Notes: generated from the letters alone by a model not told the origin. Shown: positions 54,072-63,119, numbered from the stretch's first letter. The stretch is DNA of 64,000 bases from Anaerolineales bacterium (GCA_016932715.1 JAFGCG010000053.1:499-64498), one strand, 5' to 3'. Program-made: numbers and translations.

Positions 54072-55253
54072 TTATTGTAGATTCTCAAATATCGCTGCGG
54101 CGCCCATGCCGCCGCCGATACACATCGTCACCATGCCATATTTGGATTTGCGGCGCGCCATTTCGTAGATCAATTGCGTGGTGAGCTTCGTCCCTGTGCA
54201 GCCAAGTGGATGTCCGAGCGCGATCGCACCGCCGTTGACGTTGATTTTGCTCTCGTCCATTTCCAGCGCGCGGACAACTGCCAGGGACTGCGCCGCGAAG
54301 GCTTCGTTCAATTCTATCAAATCAATATCGTTCAGAGTAAGTCCTGCAAGTTTCAACGCCCTGGGGATCGCCACCACCGGACCAATGCCCATCAGTTCCG
54401 GCGGGACGCCGCCCACTGCAAAGGAAACGAAGCGCGCCAGCGGAGTCAGGCCCAGCTGGGCGGCGCGTTCCGCGGACATCACCACAACTCCCGCCGCGCC
54501 ATCAGACATCTGCGAGGAGTTGCCGGCAGTGACAACGCCGCCCTCCTTGAACGCAGGTTTGAGTTTGGACAGCGCCTCCATGCTCGTATCGGCGCGCGGA
54601 CCCTCGTCACGCCTCACGGTAAAGTTTTTCCTGACTGGTTTTTCCCCTCCATCCAATTCTGTGACCTCCACATCAATGGCCACCAGTTCAGGGTCGAAGC
54701 GCCTGGAGTTGACAGCACGCGCGGCTTTCTGATGGCTCTTCAAGGAGAACTCATCCTGTTCCGCGCGGCTGATGTTGTACTTCCGCGAAACATTCTCCGC
54801 CGTCAAACCCATGTTGGTGTAGTAATGCGGCAGCTCCTGCGCAAAGTGTGGATTCGGCGCGAATTTATAGCCCGCCATCGGGACCATCGTCATCGACTCA
54901 GCGCCGCCGGCGATGGCAGTCTCGATCTGTCCACTTTGGATGGCATATGCCACATGTGCAATGGACTGCACACCTGAGGCGCAGTAACGATTGATCGTCT
55001 CCGCGGGAACAGAAGCGGGCAAGCCCGCCCGTAACGAGATCATGCGCGCCATGTTCATGCCCTGTTCCCCTTCCGGGAACGCGCAGCCGATCACCACGTC
55101 TTCGATCTGCGCGGGGTCGAGATTCGGCGTCCGCTTGAGTAACTCTTGTATAACGGTGGCAGCCATTTCGTCGGGACGGACCGTGGCAAGTCCTCCCCGT
55201 TTGGCTTTTCCGACCGGAGTCCGCACCGCGCTCACAATCACAGCGTCTTTCAT
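54072..55253 (-). CDS. Acetyl-CoA C-acyltransferase (thiolase)
   Basis: 393 aa. Active-site contexts NRYCASGVQ, NGGAIALGHPLGCTG, CIGGGMG. Confidence 0.93.
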   Translation of the reverse strand: MKDAVIVSAVRTPVGKAKRGGLATVRPDEMAATVIQELLKRTPNLDPAQIEDVVIGCAFPEGEQGMNMARMISLRAGLPASVPAETINRYCASGVQSIAHVAYAIQSGQIETAIAGGAESMTMVPMAGYKFAPNPHFAQELPHYYTNMGLTAENVSRKYNISRAEQDEFSLKSHQKAARAVNSRRFDPELVAIDVEVTELDGGEKPVRKNFTVRRDEGPRADTSMEALSKLKPAFKEGGVVTAGNSSQMSDGAAGVVVMSAERAAQLGLTPLARFVSFAVGGVPPELMGIGPVVAIPRALKLAGLTLNDIDLIELNEAFAAQSLAVVRALEMDESKINVNGGAIALGHPLGCTGTKLTTQLIYEMARRKSKYGMVTMCIGGGMGAAAIFENLQ

Positions 55254-55261
55254 AGGTACTC

Positions 55262-55317
55262 CTTACCTGATACCTGTCTACATGTTTACCGTATCAGGTA
55301 TACAAGTAAACAGGTGT
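55262..55317. repeat. Octamer-phased GTAnACAr / yTGTnTAC hairpin element (locus B)
   Basis: TAC recurs every 8 nt. Perfect 10-bp inverted repeat TACCTGATAC (55264..55273) / GTATCAGGTA (55291..55300). Confidence 0.6.
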
Positions 55318-55327
55318 CCAAATAACA

Positions 55328-57712
55328 TCAATTCCTCAACGGCTTTCCCGTCTGTAAAATATTCCACATGCGTGCCTGGGTGCGTTCCTCGCCGAACAGT
55401 GAAAGGATCGCTGCGCGTTCCAGGTCGAGGATATATTGTTCGCTCACCCATTGCGGGCGGGTCAATTCACCGCCGCACATCACGTACGCCAGTTTGCCAG
55501 CGATGTGATGATCGTACTGGGTAATGTAGTTGCCTTCCTTGAACATCCAGGCGCCGATGCGGATCGCAGCCAGCGCGTCGCGCCCCGCGGCATAGATGGG
55601 TTCGGGCGCAGGCGGTCGGTATCTCGCCGCGATCATGTGCAGAACTTCCTTCTTCGCTTCCGTGAGGAGATGAGCGCGATTCATCACAATCCGATCAGCC
55701 GGTGAAAGGATGTTCATGCTGCGCGCTTCCTCGGCGCTCGTGGCGACCTTCGCCTGACCCATTTGCAGAAATGCCCGCTGCAGTGGGGCAAGCACCTCGG
55801 CATTTTCAACCCGCATCACAGGATTGACAATGCGCCGCAGCATTTCCTTCGTGCCGCCGCCTGCGGGGATCACGCCTGCGCCGAGTTCGACGAGCCCAAT
55901 ATAGGTTTCGGCTGCAGCGACCACGCGTGAGCCGTGCATCGTGATCTCACAGCCGCCGCCCAGCGCCAGCCCGGTCGGCGCGACGACGATGGGCTTCGGC
56001 GAGTAACGCATGCGCATGTTCAGGTCCTGCAACTTCCTGACCGCAGCTTCGAGCATGTCCCACATGCCCTGCTGTGCACCGACCACCATCATGAACAGGT
56101 TCGCGCCGGCGCTGAAATTATCCGCTGCGTTACCGATCACGAGTCCATCAAAGTCGGTCTCGAGCCGGTCGAACGCCTCGACCGCCATATTCATGATGTC
56201 GTCATCGAGGGCGTTCATCTTGGTGTGGAATTCCAGGCAGGCCACGCCATCGCCCAGGTCACGGATCGTCGCGCCCTGGTTCTGTGACACCACCTTTTGC
56301 TGCTTCAAAACGATCATGCCTTCCGGTCGTTTTACTTTCACATATTTCCCCTTGACCGCGTCGTACACGCCGACTTTCTCACCGTTCTTGTACTGATAGA
56401 ACGACTTGATCCCGGCTTTGAGCATCTCGTTGACCCATTTCGCTGCCGGATAGCCCGCGGCTTTCATGCGCTTCACGGTCTCCTTCACGCCAAGCAAGTC
56501 CCACATCTCGAAGGGACCTGCTTCGTGCATGAAGCCCCAGCGGACCGCGTCGTCGATTGGCTTCACGGTGTCGGCGACTTCCGGAATGATGGAGGAGGCA
56601 TACTGAAAGCCCTGATACGTGAACGCCTTGACGAGATCCGCAGCCTTGTCATCCGCCTCCAGCAGGATCTTGAGCCTGTCGCCCAGACCCTCGACACCCT
56701 TCGCCCTCCCCACGGATTCGAAGCGCGGCTTAGCCGGCGGGACATGTTCGAGCGTATTCAAATCCAATGCCCAGAACTCCTTCTTGCCGTCGGCGGCGCG
56801 CATCTCTTTGTAGAAGCCGATCTTCGTTTTATTGCCGAGCCACCTGCGTTCGAGCATGGTCGCCATCAGCGTATTCGGCGCTTCGGCTTTGAGATATTCC
56901 TGCCCCAGCTTGTCGTGCGGGATCAACGGCGCAAGATTGCGCCCCACGTGATCCCAGACGTCCAGCCCGACCAGATCCATCAAACGGAAGGTCGCGGTTT
57001 TCGGGCGCCCGATGAGCGGACCGGTGATCGCATCCACCTCGTCAACTGTGTAACCGTTCTTCAGGATGAAATCCATGCCGAACGCGCCCGTCCCAAAGGC
57101 GACGCGGTTGCCGATGAAGTTGGGCGTGTCCTTGCACAGGACAATCCCTTTGCCCAAACGATATTCACCGAACCACGCAAAAAACTCGACGACACCCTTA
57201 TCGGTGTCTTTTGTCGGGATGATCTCCAGCAGCTTCAAATAGCGCGGCGGGTTGAAAAAATGCGTCCCAAGGAAATGCTTCTTGAATTCCTTCGAGCGCC
57301 CCTCGGCAATATCCTTGACCGGAATACCCGATGTATTCGTGGAAACGATCGCAGCCGGTTTGCGGGCATCATCGATCCGCCTCATCAGATCCTGTTTGAT
57401 CTTGAGGTTCTCGACGATCGCTTCGCAGATCCAGTCTGCTTCGGCGACGGCACCAAAATCATCCTCAAGGTTGCCAAGCTTCACGAATGTCTTCAAATCC
57501 GCAGACATCAGGTTGGCGGGTTTGGCTTTCAGGCAGCGATCCCAGCCGTCGTTGACAATCTGATTGCGCGCCTCTTTATTGTCCACAGGCGCGTCTTTCG
57601 GAACAATATCCAATAATGTGACCGGCACGCCCGCGTTCGCCAGGTGCGCCGCGATCGCCGCGCCCATGGTGCCCGAGCCAATTACCACTGCACGATGTAT
57701 CTTGTACTTCAT
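55328..57712 (-). CDS. Bifunctional 3-hydroxyacyl-CoA dehydrogenase / enoyl-CoA hydratase (FadN-type order: dehydrogenase N-terminal)
   Basis: VVIGSGTMGAAIAAHLA Rossmann at the N-terminus, 3HCDH motifs, C-terminal crotonase fold (VAPTGLALGGGCEI). The ATG at 57712 has a GGAGA RBS. Confidence 0.9.
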   Translation of the reverse strand: MKYKIHRAVVIGSGTMGAAIAAHLANAGVPVTLLDIVPKDAPVDNKEARNQIVNDGWDRCLKAKPANLMSADLKTFVKLGNLEDDFGAVAEADWICEAIVENLKIKQDLMRRIDDARKPAAIVSTNTSGIPVKDIAEGRSKEFKKHFLGTHFFNPPRYLKLLEIIPTKDTDKGVVEFFAWFGEYRLGKGIVLCKDTPNFIGNRVAFGTGAFGMDFILKNGYTVDEVDAITGPLIGRPKTATFRLMDLVGLDVWDHVGRNLAPLIPHDKLGQEYLKAEAPNTLMATMLERRWLGNKTKIGFYKEMRAADGKKEFWALDLNTLEHVPPAKPRFESVGRAKGVEGLGDRLKILLEADDKAADLVKAFTYQGFQYASSIIPEVADTVKPIDDAVRWGFMHEAGPFEMWDLLGVKETVKRMKAAGYPAAKWVNEMLKAGIKSFYQYKNGEKVGVYDAVKGKYVKVKRPEGMIVLKQQKVVSQNQGATIRDLGDGVACLEFHTKMNALDDDIMNMAVEAFDRLETDFDGLVIGNAADNFSAGANLFMMVVGAQQGMWDMLEAAVRKLQDLNMRMRYSPKPIVVAPTGLALGGGCEITMHGSRVVAAAETYIGLVELGAGVIPAGGGTKEMLRRIVNPVMRVENAEVLAPLQRAFLQMGQAKVATSAEEARSMNILSPADRIVMNRAHLLTEAKKEVLHMIAARYRPPAPEPIYAAGRDALAAIRIGAWMFKEGNYITQYDHHIAGKLAYVMCGGELTRPQWVSEQYILDLERAAILSLFGEERTQARMWNILQTGKPLRN

Positions 57713-57730
57713 GTGCTGTCTCCTCATGCA

Positions 57731-57782
57731 GTAAACAGGTACACAGGTAAACATGTACCTGACTACTTGTTTACGTATCTAC
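57731..57782. repeat. Octamer-phased GTAnACAr / yTGTnTAC hairpin element (locus C)
   Basis: GTAAACAG GTACACAG GTAAACAT GTACCTGA CTACTTGT TTACGTAT CTAC: three forward then reverse-type octamers, self-complementary. Confidence 0.6.
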
Positions 57783-57785
57783 GCT

Positions 57786-59078
57786 TTACCTCAATTCCTT
57801 CCCGCTATAACCCAGTATTTGCCTTGCGACGACCAATCGATTGATCTGGCCTGTGCCTTCGTAAATATCGGTGATCTTCGCGTCGCGGAACCATTTCTCA
57901 GCCAGGAACTCGCGGCTGTACCCGAGCGGGCCCAAAATCTCGACGACCTTTTGCGTGATCTTTGTGCCCACATCGCCGGCTTTGACCTTGCTCATCGAAG
58001 ACTCGAGCGCGTTCGGCTTCTTGTTGTCCGCCATCCAGACGGCTTTGATCACCATCAGCCAGGCAGACCTGAGCATGATGTCCATTTCGATCACATCCCG
58101 TTCGATGGAGGTCAGCTTCTGGCGCGGCAAGCCGTAGCGGATCTGGACTCCGTTCTCCGCGAGTTTCTCTTTCAGGAACTCGAGCGCCGCACGCGCGACG
58201 CCCAGGCCTGATGCCGCCACGAGCGGCCGGGTCGCGTCGAAAGTTGCCATCGCGCCCTTGAAGCCCGTGGTCGTCTTCTCTACGGTTGGGCTGCCAAGGA
58301 TGTTGTCATACGGGACGCGCGCATCCACGAGGGAGATCGCGGCAGTATCGCTGGCACGGATGCCCATTTTGTGTTCAAGCTTCGTAACCCTCACACCTGG
58401 CGTCCCCGCCTCGACGACGAAGGCGCGCATCCCCGCGCGTCCCGCCGCCGGATCGATCGAAGCCCAGACCACAATAAAGCCTCTGCCAAGCTGCTCATAC
58501 TCAGTCAACGCCTTATCTCCGGCGGTGACAAAGATCTTTTCGCCGTTGAGAATCCACTCCCTGGTGTTCTCATCGAGCACCGCACGCATACGGATGGATG
58601 CGGTATCAGAACCCGCGCCTGCTTCGGTCATGCCCATTGCGGCAAGAGTAGGCTTCTCGCCGCCAAAACGCGCCAGGAACTTGGCTTTCTGCTCGGGCGT
58701 CCCCGCCGCCTGGACAGCCGCCGCGCCTAATCCGCCGCCGGGTGTGACGAGGTACATGCCCACATCACCCCACGCCAGCATCTCGATTTGCGCAGCCAGC
58801 GCCTGATAAGCGATCGGCGGTCGCTTCTCTTTTTTCTCATCGCCGCCCCCCTCTCCCTCTGGGAGAGGGGACGGGGGTGAGGGCTTCTCTTTCGGAGCCA
58901 ATGATCCCACACCGGTTGCCTTCATGGCAGTGTGCATGAACTCAATATAATCCCAGGGACTCTCATGCTCGTGCTCATCGAAATAGCGCGAGTGTGCCCG
59001 CATCATCTCTACAGCAACCGTTTTCAAGACGAATTGCGTTTGTACAATCGGTTTGGGTGCTTCAAATTCGATTGGCAT
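57786..59078 (-). CDS. Acyl-CoA dehydrogenase with a low-complexity insertion near the N-terminus
   Basis: ACAD motifs (GMTEAGAGSD, ILNGEKIFVT, C-terminal ITDIYEGTGQI). The ATG at 59078 is preceded by GAGGAG. The segment APKEKPSPPSPLPEGEGGGDEKKEKRPP is encoded over a perfect palindrome. Confidence 0.88.
   Translation of the reverse strand: MPIEFEAPKPIVQTQFVLKTVAVEMMRAHSRYFDEHEHESPWDYIEFMHTAMKATGVGSLAPKEKPSPPSPLPEGEGGGDEKKEKRPPIAYQALAAQIEMLAWGDVGMYLVTPGGGLGAAAVQAAGTPEQKAKFLARFGGEKPTLAAMGMTEAGAGSDTASIRMRAVLDENTREWILNGEKIFVTAGDKALTEYEQLGRGFIVVWASIDPAAGRAGMRAFVVEAGTPGVRVTKLEHKMGIRASDTAAISLVDARVPYDNILGSPTVEKTTTGFKGAMATFDATRPLVAASGLGVARAALEFLKEKLAENGVQIRYGLPRQKLTSIERDVIEMDIMLRSAWLMVIKAVWMADNKKPNALESSMSKVKAGDVGTKITQKVVEILGPLGYSREFLAEKWFRDAKITDIYEGTGQINRLVVARQILGYSGKELR
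58848..58870. repeat. Perfect palindrome CCCCTCTCCC-TCT-GGGAGAGGGG inside the ACAD coding sequence
   Basis: 10-bp arms with a 3-nt loop. Translated in frame as PLPEGEG. Confidence 0.7.
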
Positions 59079-59096
59079 AATCAACTCCTCATTTGG

Positions 59097-59144
59097 TCTT
59101 CTTTCCTCTTTCGTCTTGCATTGCAGGGGAAAAAGGAAAGAAGA
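59097..59144. repeat. Homopyrimidine/homopurine hairpin in the ACAD-ACAD intergenic region
   Basis: TCTTCTTTCCTCTTTC (59097..59112) pairs with GAAAAAGGAAAGAAGA (59129..59144), 15 of 16 positions. Confidence 0.55.
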
Positions 59145-59148
59145 AAGA

Positions 59149-60246
59149 CTACACGATTGCCAACCCGGTGAAGGTGGCAAATCCTCTCCCATTCCGCATC
59201 CACATTTCGACCGGGTGCTCGCGGATGTACCCGTGGCCGCCAAGGATTTGTACAGCGCGATCCGTGACCATAATGGCCATGTCCGCTGCGCCGGTGGCGG
59301 CAAGATAGGCATCGGTGAATGCGTCCTCCTTGCCGGTATCCAACTTCCAGGCGGCTTCCCATGTCAACAGGCGGCTGGCTTCGATCTCTGTCCGCATTTC
59401 GGCGAGCATGAAAGCAATCGCCTGCTTCTGCGCGATCTTGACCCCAAAGGCTTCCCGTTCCTTGGCGTAGTTCAGGCTGTATTCGAACGCGGCATTTGCC
59501 ACGCCGACGGCGGTCGCGGCGGTCGCGAGTCGCAGCGCAGCCAGGATTGGCTCAAAATCATGGCCTGAGGCGCCGCCCAGCCGGTTCGCGGCGGGGATTT
59601 TCACGTTGTCCAGTTTTAGGCGGTAAAGCGGAAGCGCGTTCAGGCTCATTAGCTTTTCGCGCTCGTCGCCGATGGTCAGTCCCGCGGCGCCCTTTTCGAC
59701 AATGAAGCCTTGGGTCTGACCATCCAAATTGGCATACACCAGAATCGCTTCGGCATCGTTCGCGAACGGGACAAATGCCTTCTCTCCATTGAGAACGTAT
59801 TCTTCGCCCTTGAGAGTTGCCGTTGTCTTGAGTGAAAGCGGATCGAAATCGAACGCGTATTCAATGAGGGCTGCCGTGTACGGACTCCAATCGCCTTCGA
59901 TCACTTTTGGCAGCAGGGTCTGCTTTTGCTCCTCGCTGCCCGCCAGCAGGACCGGTGTCGCGAAAAGCGACGGGGTCATCACCGCCAGTGTACCGGCCAG
60001 ATCACCGAATGCCATCTCTTCGACGGCAAGCACACCGGTGACTGCGCTGCGTTCCCCAAAGCCGCCGTAGGCTTCGGGGATGGAAGCTTGCAGCAACCCA
60101 ATCTCCCAGCCTTTGCTGATCAGCTTCTTTGATAATTCGCCACCTTCCTCGGCATCGCGTGCGGCAGTACGCAGGTCGTTGCCGGCATATTTTCCCACCG
60201 CCTCGACGAGCATCTGCTGCTCTTCCGTCGGTTCAAACGAATACAT
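59149..60246 (-). CDS. Acyl-CoA dehydrogenase
   Basis: 365 aa from the ATG at 60246 (AAGGAGA RBS). ACAD fold motifs (LNGEKAFVP; ILGGHGYI). The track start at 60273 is a GTG inside the repeat element. Confidence 0.88.
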   Translation of the reverse strand: MYSFEPTEEQQMLVEAVGKYAGNDLRTAARDAEEGGELSKKLISKGWEIGLLQASIPEAYGGFGERSAVTGVLAVEEMAFGDLAGTLAVMTPSLFATPVLLAGSEEQKQTLLPKVIEGDWSPYTAALIEYAFDFDPLSLKTTATLKGEEYVLNGEKAFVPFANDAEAILVYANLDGQTQGFIVEKGAAGLTIGDEREKLMSLNALPLYRLKLDNVKIPAANRLGGASGHDFEPILAALRLATAATAVGVANAAFEYSLNYAKEREAFGVKIAQKQAIAFMLAEMRTEIEASRLLTWEAAWKLDTGKEDAFTDAYLAATGAADMAIMVTDRAVQILGGHGYIREHPVEMWMRNGRGFATFTGLAIV

Positions 60247-60267
60247 AAGCCCTCTCCTTTCGATTAA

Positions 60268-60332
60268 GTACACAAGTAAACAGGTACACAGTCGAACGTG
60301 TCTACATATGTACTTGTATACCTGTATACATA
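60268..60332. repeat. Octamer-phased GTAnACAr / yTGTnTAC hairpin element (locus D)
   Basis: GTACACAA GTAAACAG GTACACAG ... GTATACCT GTATACAT. It overlaps the last ~10 codons of the MBL-fold gene. Confidence 0.6.
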
Positions 60333-61366
60333 TTCACCTTTCTTTCAAGCTCCTCCAAAGCTTTTTGCTCTTCCTGCAGCCTCCGATAACAGGCAGGTTT
60401 GCCCTGCTCCAGTTCATCGGGGTTGGTAATCTCGATCATTCCATGTTCATAAAAATACTCAACGTAGGCGCCGGTCTTTTCGATCACGAGCAGCTGGTTG
60501 TACCCACTCGTTTCACCGTAGACAGCCCGGCAAATCTCTTCGATCGTCAGCGGTTCACTGAGCGCCTCAATTGCCCTGCTCATGCGCCGCAGGATGTTTT
60601 GTTTCGTCAATTCGATTTGCGCGGGAAGGTCCGCGATCACGTCATTGTGACCATTAAGAATGAAACGCGCCTCTTTTGACCATCCTTCAAGGCGCCTCAG
60701 GGATTCAAGATAATGATCGAGCCCGCTGTAGGGATTGATCGATTCGGGCGAAAGGTGAGGCGTGACTCCCTTCACAACCATGTCCCCGCAAAAGATGACA
60801 TCATCCAGGCGGATCGCAACATGACCGGGACAATGGCCCGGCAGGTGGATCAACTCGAACGCGCCAAGCCGCATGCCGATGGCTCCGTATGTAAAATCAA
60901 CGGGAACAGATCGATAAATGGCTTTCGTAAAACGGTAAACGCTGAGGATATGCTCACGCGTCTCTTCAGCGAGGCCCGTATCGGCCAGGAAAGAAGCGAG
61001 GCGACGTCCGATCAGCGCCAGGCGTGCTTCATGATGCGCCACCGTCTGCACGTCCAACTCATGGACGCCAATCCTGGCATTTGTCAGCGGGCGCAGCTTT
61101 GTGAGCCCGCCGAAATGATCGATGTGCCCGTGCGTCAAAAGGATGTGCGTCAAGTCTGCAGGAGGAAGTCCTGCCTGCTGTAAGCCGGACAGTAAATTTG
61201 CGTGAGAAGCATCGGTACCTGAACCGACATCGATCAAAACGCGGTAGTCGTCTTTCTGGACGGCATACGCATACGCCCAAAAGCCCGGGAAGGCTTCCAG
61301 GGGGATGCGCTGGATCTTTGCTCCACTCGAAGATTCGAAGGAAGCGGATGCTGCCTTTTCACTCAT
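60302..61366 (-). CDS. MBL-fold metallohydrolase (glyoxalase II-like)
   Basis: ILLTHGHIDHFGG, HLPGHCPGH, NGHND. ATGA overlap with the TetR gene stop. Confidence 0.82.
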   Translation of the reverse strand: MSEKAASASFESSSGAKIQRIPLEAFPGFWAYAYAVQKDDYRVLIDVGSGTDASHANLLSGLQQAGLPPADLTHILLTHGHIDHFGGLTKLRPLTNARIGVHELDVQTVAHHEARLALIGRRLASFLADTGLAEETREHILSVYRFTKAIYRSVPVDFTYGAIGMRLGAFELIHLPGHCPGHVAIRLDDVIFCGDMVVKGVTPHLSPESINPYSGLDHYLESLRRLEGWSKEARFILNGHNDVIADLPAQIELTKQNILRRMSRAIEALSEPLTIEEICRAVYGETSGYNQLLVIEKTGAYVEYFYEHGMIEITNPDELEQGKPACYRRLQEEQKALEELERKVNMYTGIQVHM

Positions 61367-61923
61367 TTCAGCAAACCCTTCAGGAGTAAATTCGAATAAT
61401 GGCCGGCAATCTCATCGATGGCAAGGGCACCATCCGGATGGTACCAGGTCAGCGTCCAGTTCAGAATGCCAAGGATCGCGCGCACCGTCAGGGCCGGGTC
61501 ATCACATTTGAAGCGTTTTGCAGCGACGCCTTCTATCAGGACGGCACGCCACAGGGCTTCGAATTTGTCGCGATTTGGCACGTGGCGGGCATGTTGTTTG
61601 CGCTCCAGAGAGCGATGCTCGAACAGCAGGACGGCGGAGAGATCCGTGTTTTCCGTCAGGATTTGCAGATAGGCACGGATCATCTCCGGCAGCTTCTCGT
61701 CGGCAGGGATTTCCTGGATGGAAATCGCGGAAATACGTTCAAGGAGCAGTTCGAGGGCGCGGTCGAGCAGGGCGAGCAGGATCTCCTGCTTGGATGAAAC
61801 ATGATGATACAGGCTTGCCTTTTGCAGACTGACAGCTTTGGCAATGTCCTGCATCGAAGCGCCATGGAATCCCTTCTGGCGAAAGACCTGCGCAGCGGCT
61901 TCCAGGATGTCTTCTCTGGTCAT
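61363..61923 (-). CDS. TetR/AcrR family transcriptional regulator (likely fatty-acid-degradation regulator)
   Basis: ILEAAAQVFRQKGFHGASMQDIAKAVSLQKASLYHHVSSK HTH. The ATG at 61923 has a GGGAGA RBS. Confidence 0.88.
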   Translation of the reverse strand: MTREDILEAAAQVFRQKGFHGASMQDIAKAVSLQKASLYHHVSSKQEILLALLDRALELLLERISAISIQEIPADEKLPEMIRAYLQILTENTDLSAVLLFEHRSLERKQHARHVPNRDKFEALWRAVLIEGVAAKRFKCDDPALTVRAILGILNWTLTWYHPDGALAIDEIAGHYSNLLLKGLLK

Positions 61924-61933
61924 TGGAATCTCC

Positions 61934-61951
61934 CTACCGATCGGTCGGTAG
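61934..61951. promoter_or_regulatory. Candidate TetR operator (overlapping palindromes)
   Basis: CTACCGA-TCGG-TCGGTAG contains the perfect 10-bp palindrome ACCGATCGGT (61936..61945), starting 11 nt upstream of the TetR start codon. Confidence 0.45.
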
Positions 61952-62044
61952 AGACATAATGTATCAGAATTGGAGTCCAAAGTCAAGAGCAGGGCAAAGT
62001 AGGGTTATCCCCTACGATTTCATTGAGTTTCTCATTCAAAAAAA

Positions 62045-62053
62045 TGCTATAAT
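62045..62053 (+). promoter_or_regulatory. Extended -10 (TGCTATAAT) placed for a leaderless transcript of the 62060 gene
   Basis: TATAAT ends at 62053 and the ATG begins at 62060 (6-nt gap, no SD). Confidence 0.45.
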
Positions 62054-62059
62054 GAAAAC

Positions 62060-62518
62060 ATGGCAACACCAGAAACCACTTCTGAAGTAATTCCCCCTCC
62101 TCATTCTGAAGGAGAGGTGAAGCCCACTGATCAAGAGCAAAAGACAAAAATAATAATTATAATTGCGGTCATCATTGCTGCAGTCATCCTGGCTGGTTTT
62201 ATTTGGGCTATTATTGCATTGATGCAGCCTGCCACACCCACCGATCGGATTCGCGATGTGTTCATCATTGTCGTAGCGCTCGAATCGCTGGTGATTGGAG
62301 TGGCGCTGATCACCCTCATCGTCCAGCTGGCAAGTCTCATTAACCTGTTGCAAAATGAGGTCCGTCCCATTCTGAACGCCACCAACGAGACCGTCAACCA
62401 TCTGCGCGGCACAACCGAGTTCCTGGGAGAAAGTGTGGTCGAGCCGGTCATCAAGCTCAATGGCTATCTGGCTGGCATAAACCGCGTGATAGAATTGATG
62501 GGCATCAGGAAGAAGTAA
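62060..62518 (+). CDS. Small membrane-anchored protein (DUF948-like general-stress type)
   Basis: One or two N-terminal TM helices (IIIIIAVIIAAVILAGFIW) followed by a helical region. It precedes a YtxH-like gene, as DUF948/YtxH pairs often do. Confidence 0.6.
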   Translation: MATPETTSEVIPPPHSEGEVKPTDQEQKTKIIIIIAVIIAAVILAGFIWAIIALMQPATPTDRIRDVFIIVVALESLVIGVALITLIVQLASLINLLQNEVRPILNATNETVNHLRGTTEFLGESVVEPVIKLNGYLAGINRVIELMGIRKK

Positions 62519-62647
62519 GCAGGAAGCTTTTTTTCAGTACAGTCTGCAAATTTTGCAGAGGGTCTCCCACAGGATGAGTTCTGCAAAGTTTGAGATAAAA
62601 TTTTACGAAGCAATTCAAAATCGTTTGATAACCAGAAGGAGGTTACT

Positions 62648-62995
62648 ATGTCTGATCGCGATGAATTTGGCGCCTTCCTTGTAGGCTTCATTGTTGGCGG
62701 GCTTTCGGGAGCTATTGTGGCACTGTTGTTCGCGCCTCAATCGGGCGAAGAGACCCGTGCATTTATCAAGGACAAATCAATCGAACTGCGTGACAAGGCG
62801 CAGATCACTGCGGAAGAAGCGATTGCACGCGCGGAAGCCGCTGCCGCGGATGCCCGCGCCCGGGCAGATGATCTTGCAAAGCAGCTGCGCGAACGCGGCC
62901 ATGAAGTGGTTGAGGACGTTCGTGAGCGCGGCAAGAGCGCCATGGATGCCGTCCGCAAGACGACCAAGAAATCTGACGAAACCGGCGTCGCATAA
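62648..62995 (+). CDS. YtxH-like protein
   Basis: FLVGFIVGGLSGAIVALLFAPQSGEETR is the YtxH N-terminal signature. Charged helical remainder. AGGAGG RBS. Confidence 0.8.
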   Translation: MSDRDEFGAFLVGFIVGGLSGAIVALLFAPQSGEETRAFIKDKSIELRDKAQITAEEAIARAEAAAADARARADDLAKQLRERGHEVVEDVRERGKSAMDAVRKTTKKSDETGVA

Positions 62996-63012
62996 ATTAA
63001 ATTCAACGAGCC

Positions 63013-63049
63013 AAGGGTTTGACTTACCGCGTCAAACCCTTATTTTTTT
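63013..63049 (+). terminator. Rho-independent terminator
   Basis: AAGGGTTTGAC-TTACCGC-GTCAAACCCTT followed by ATTTTTTT. Confidence 0.8.
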
Positions 63050-63119
63050 GTCCACCGGACCCCCGCTAAGAGCATGCAGGGCTATAGTGCCTTGCTTGTG
63101 CACAGCATCCGCTTTGCTT

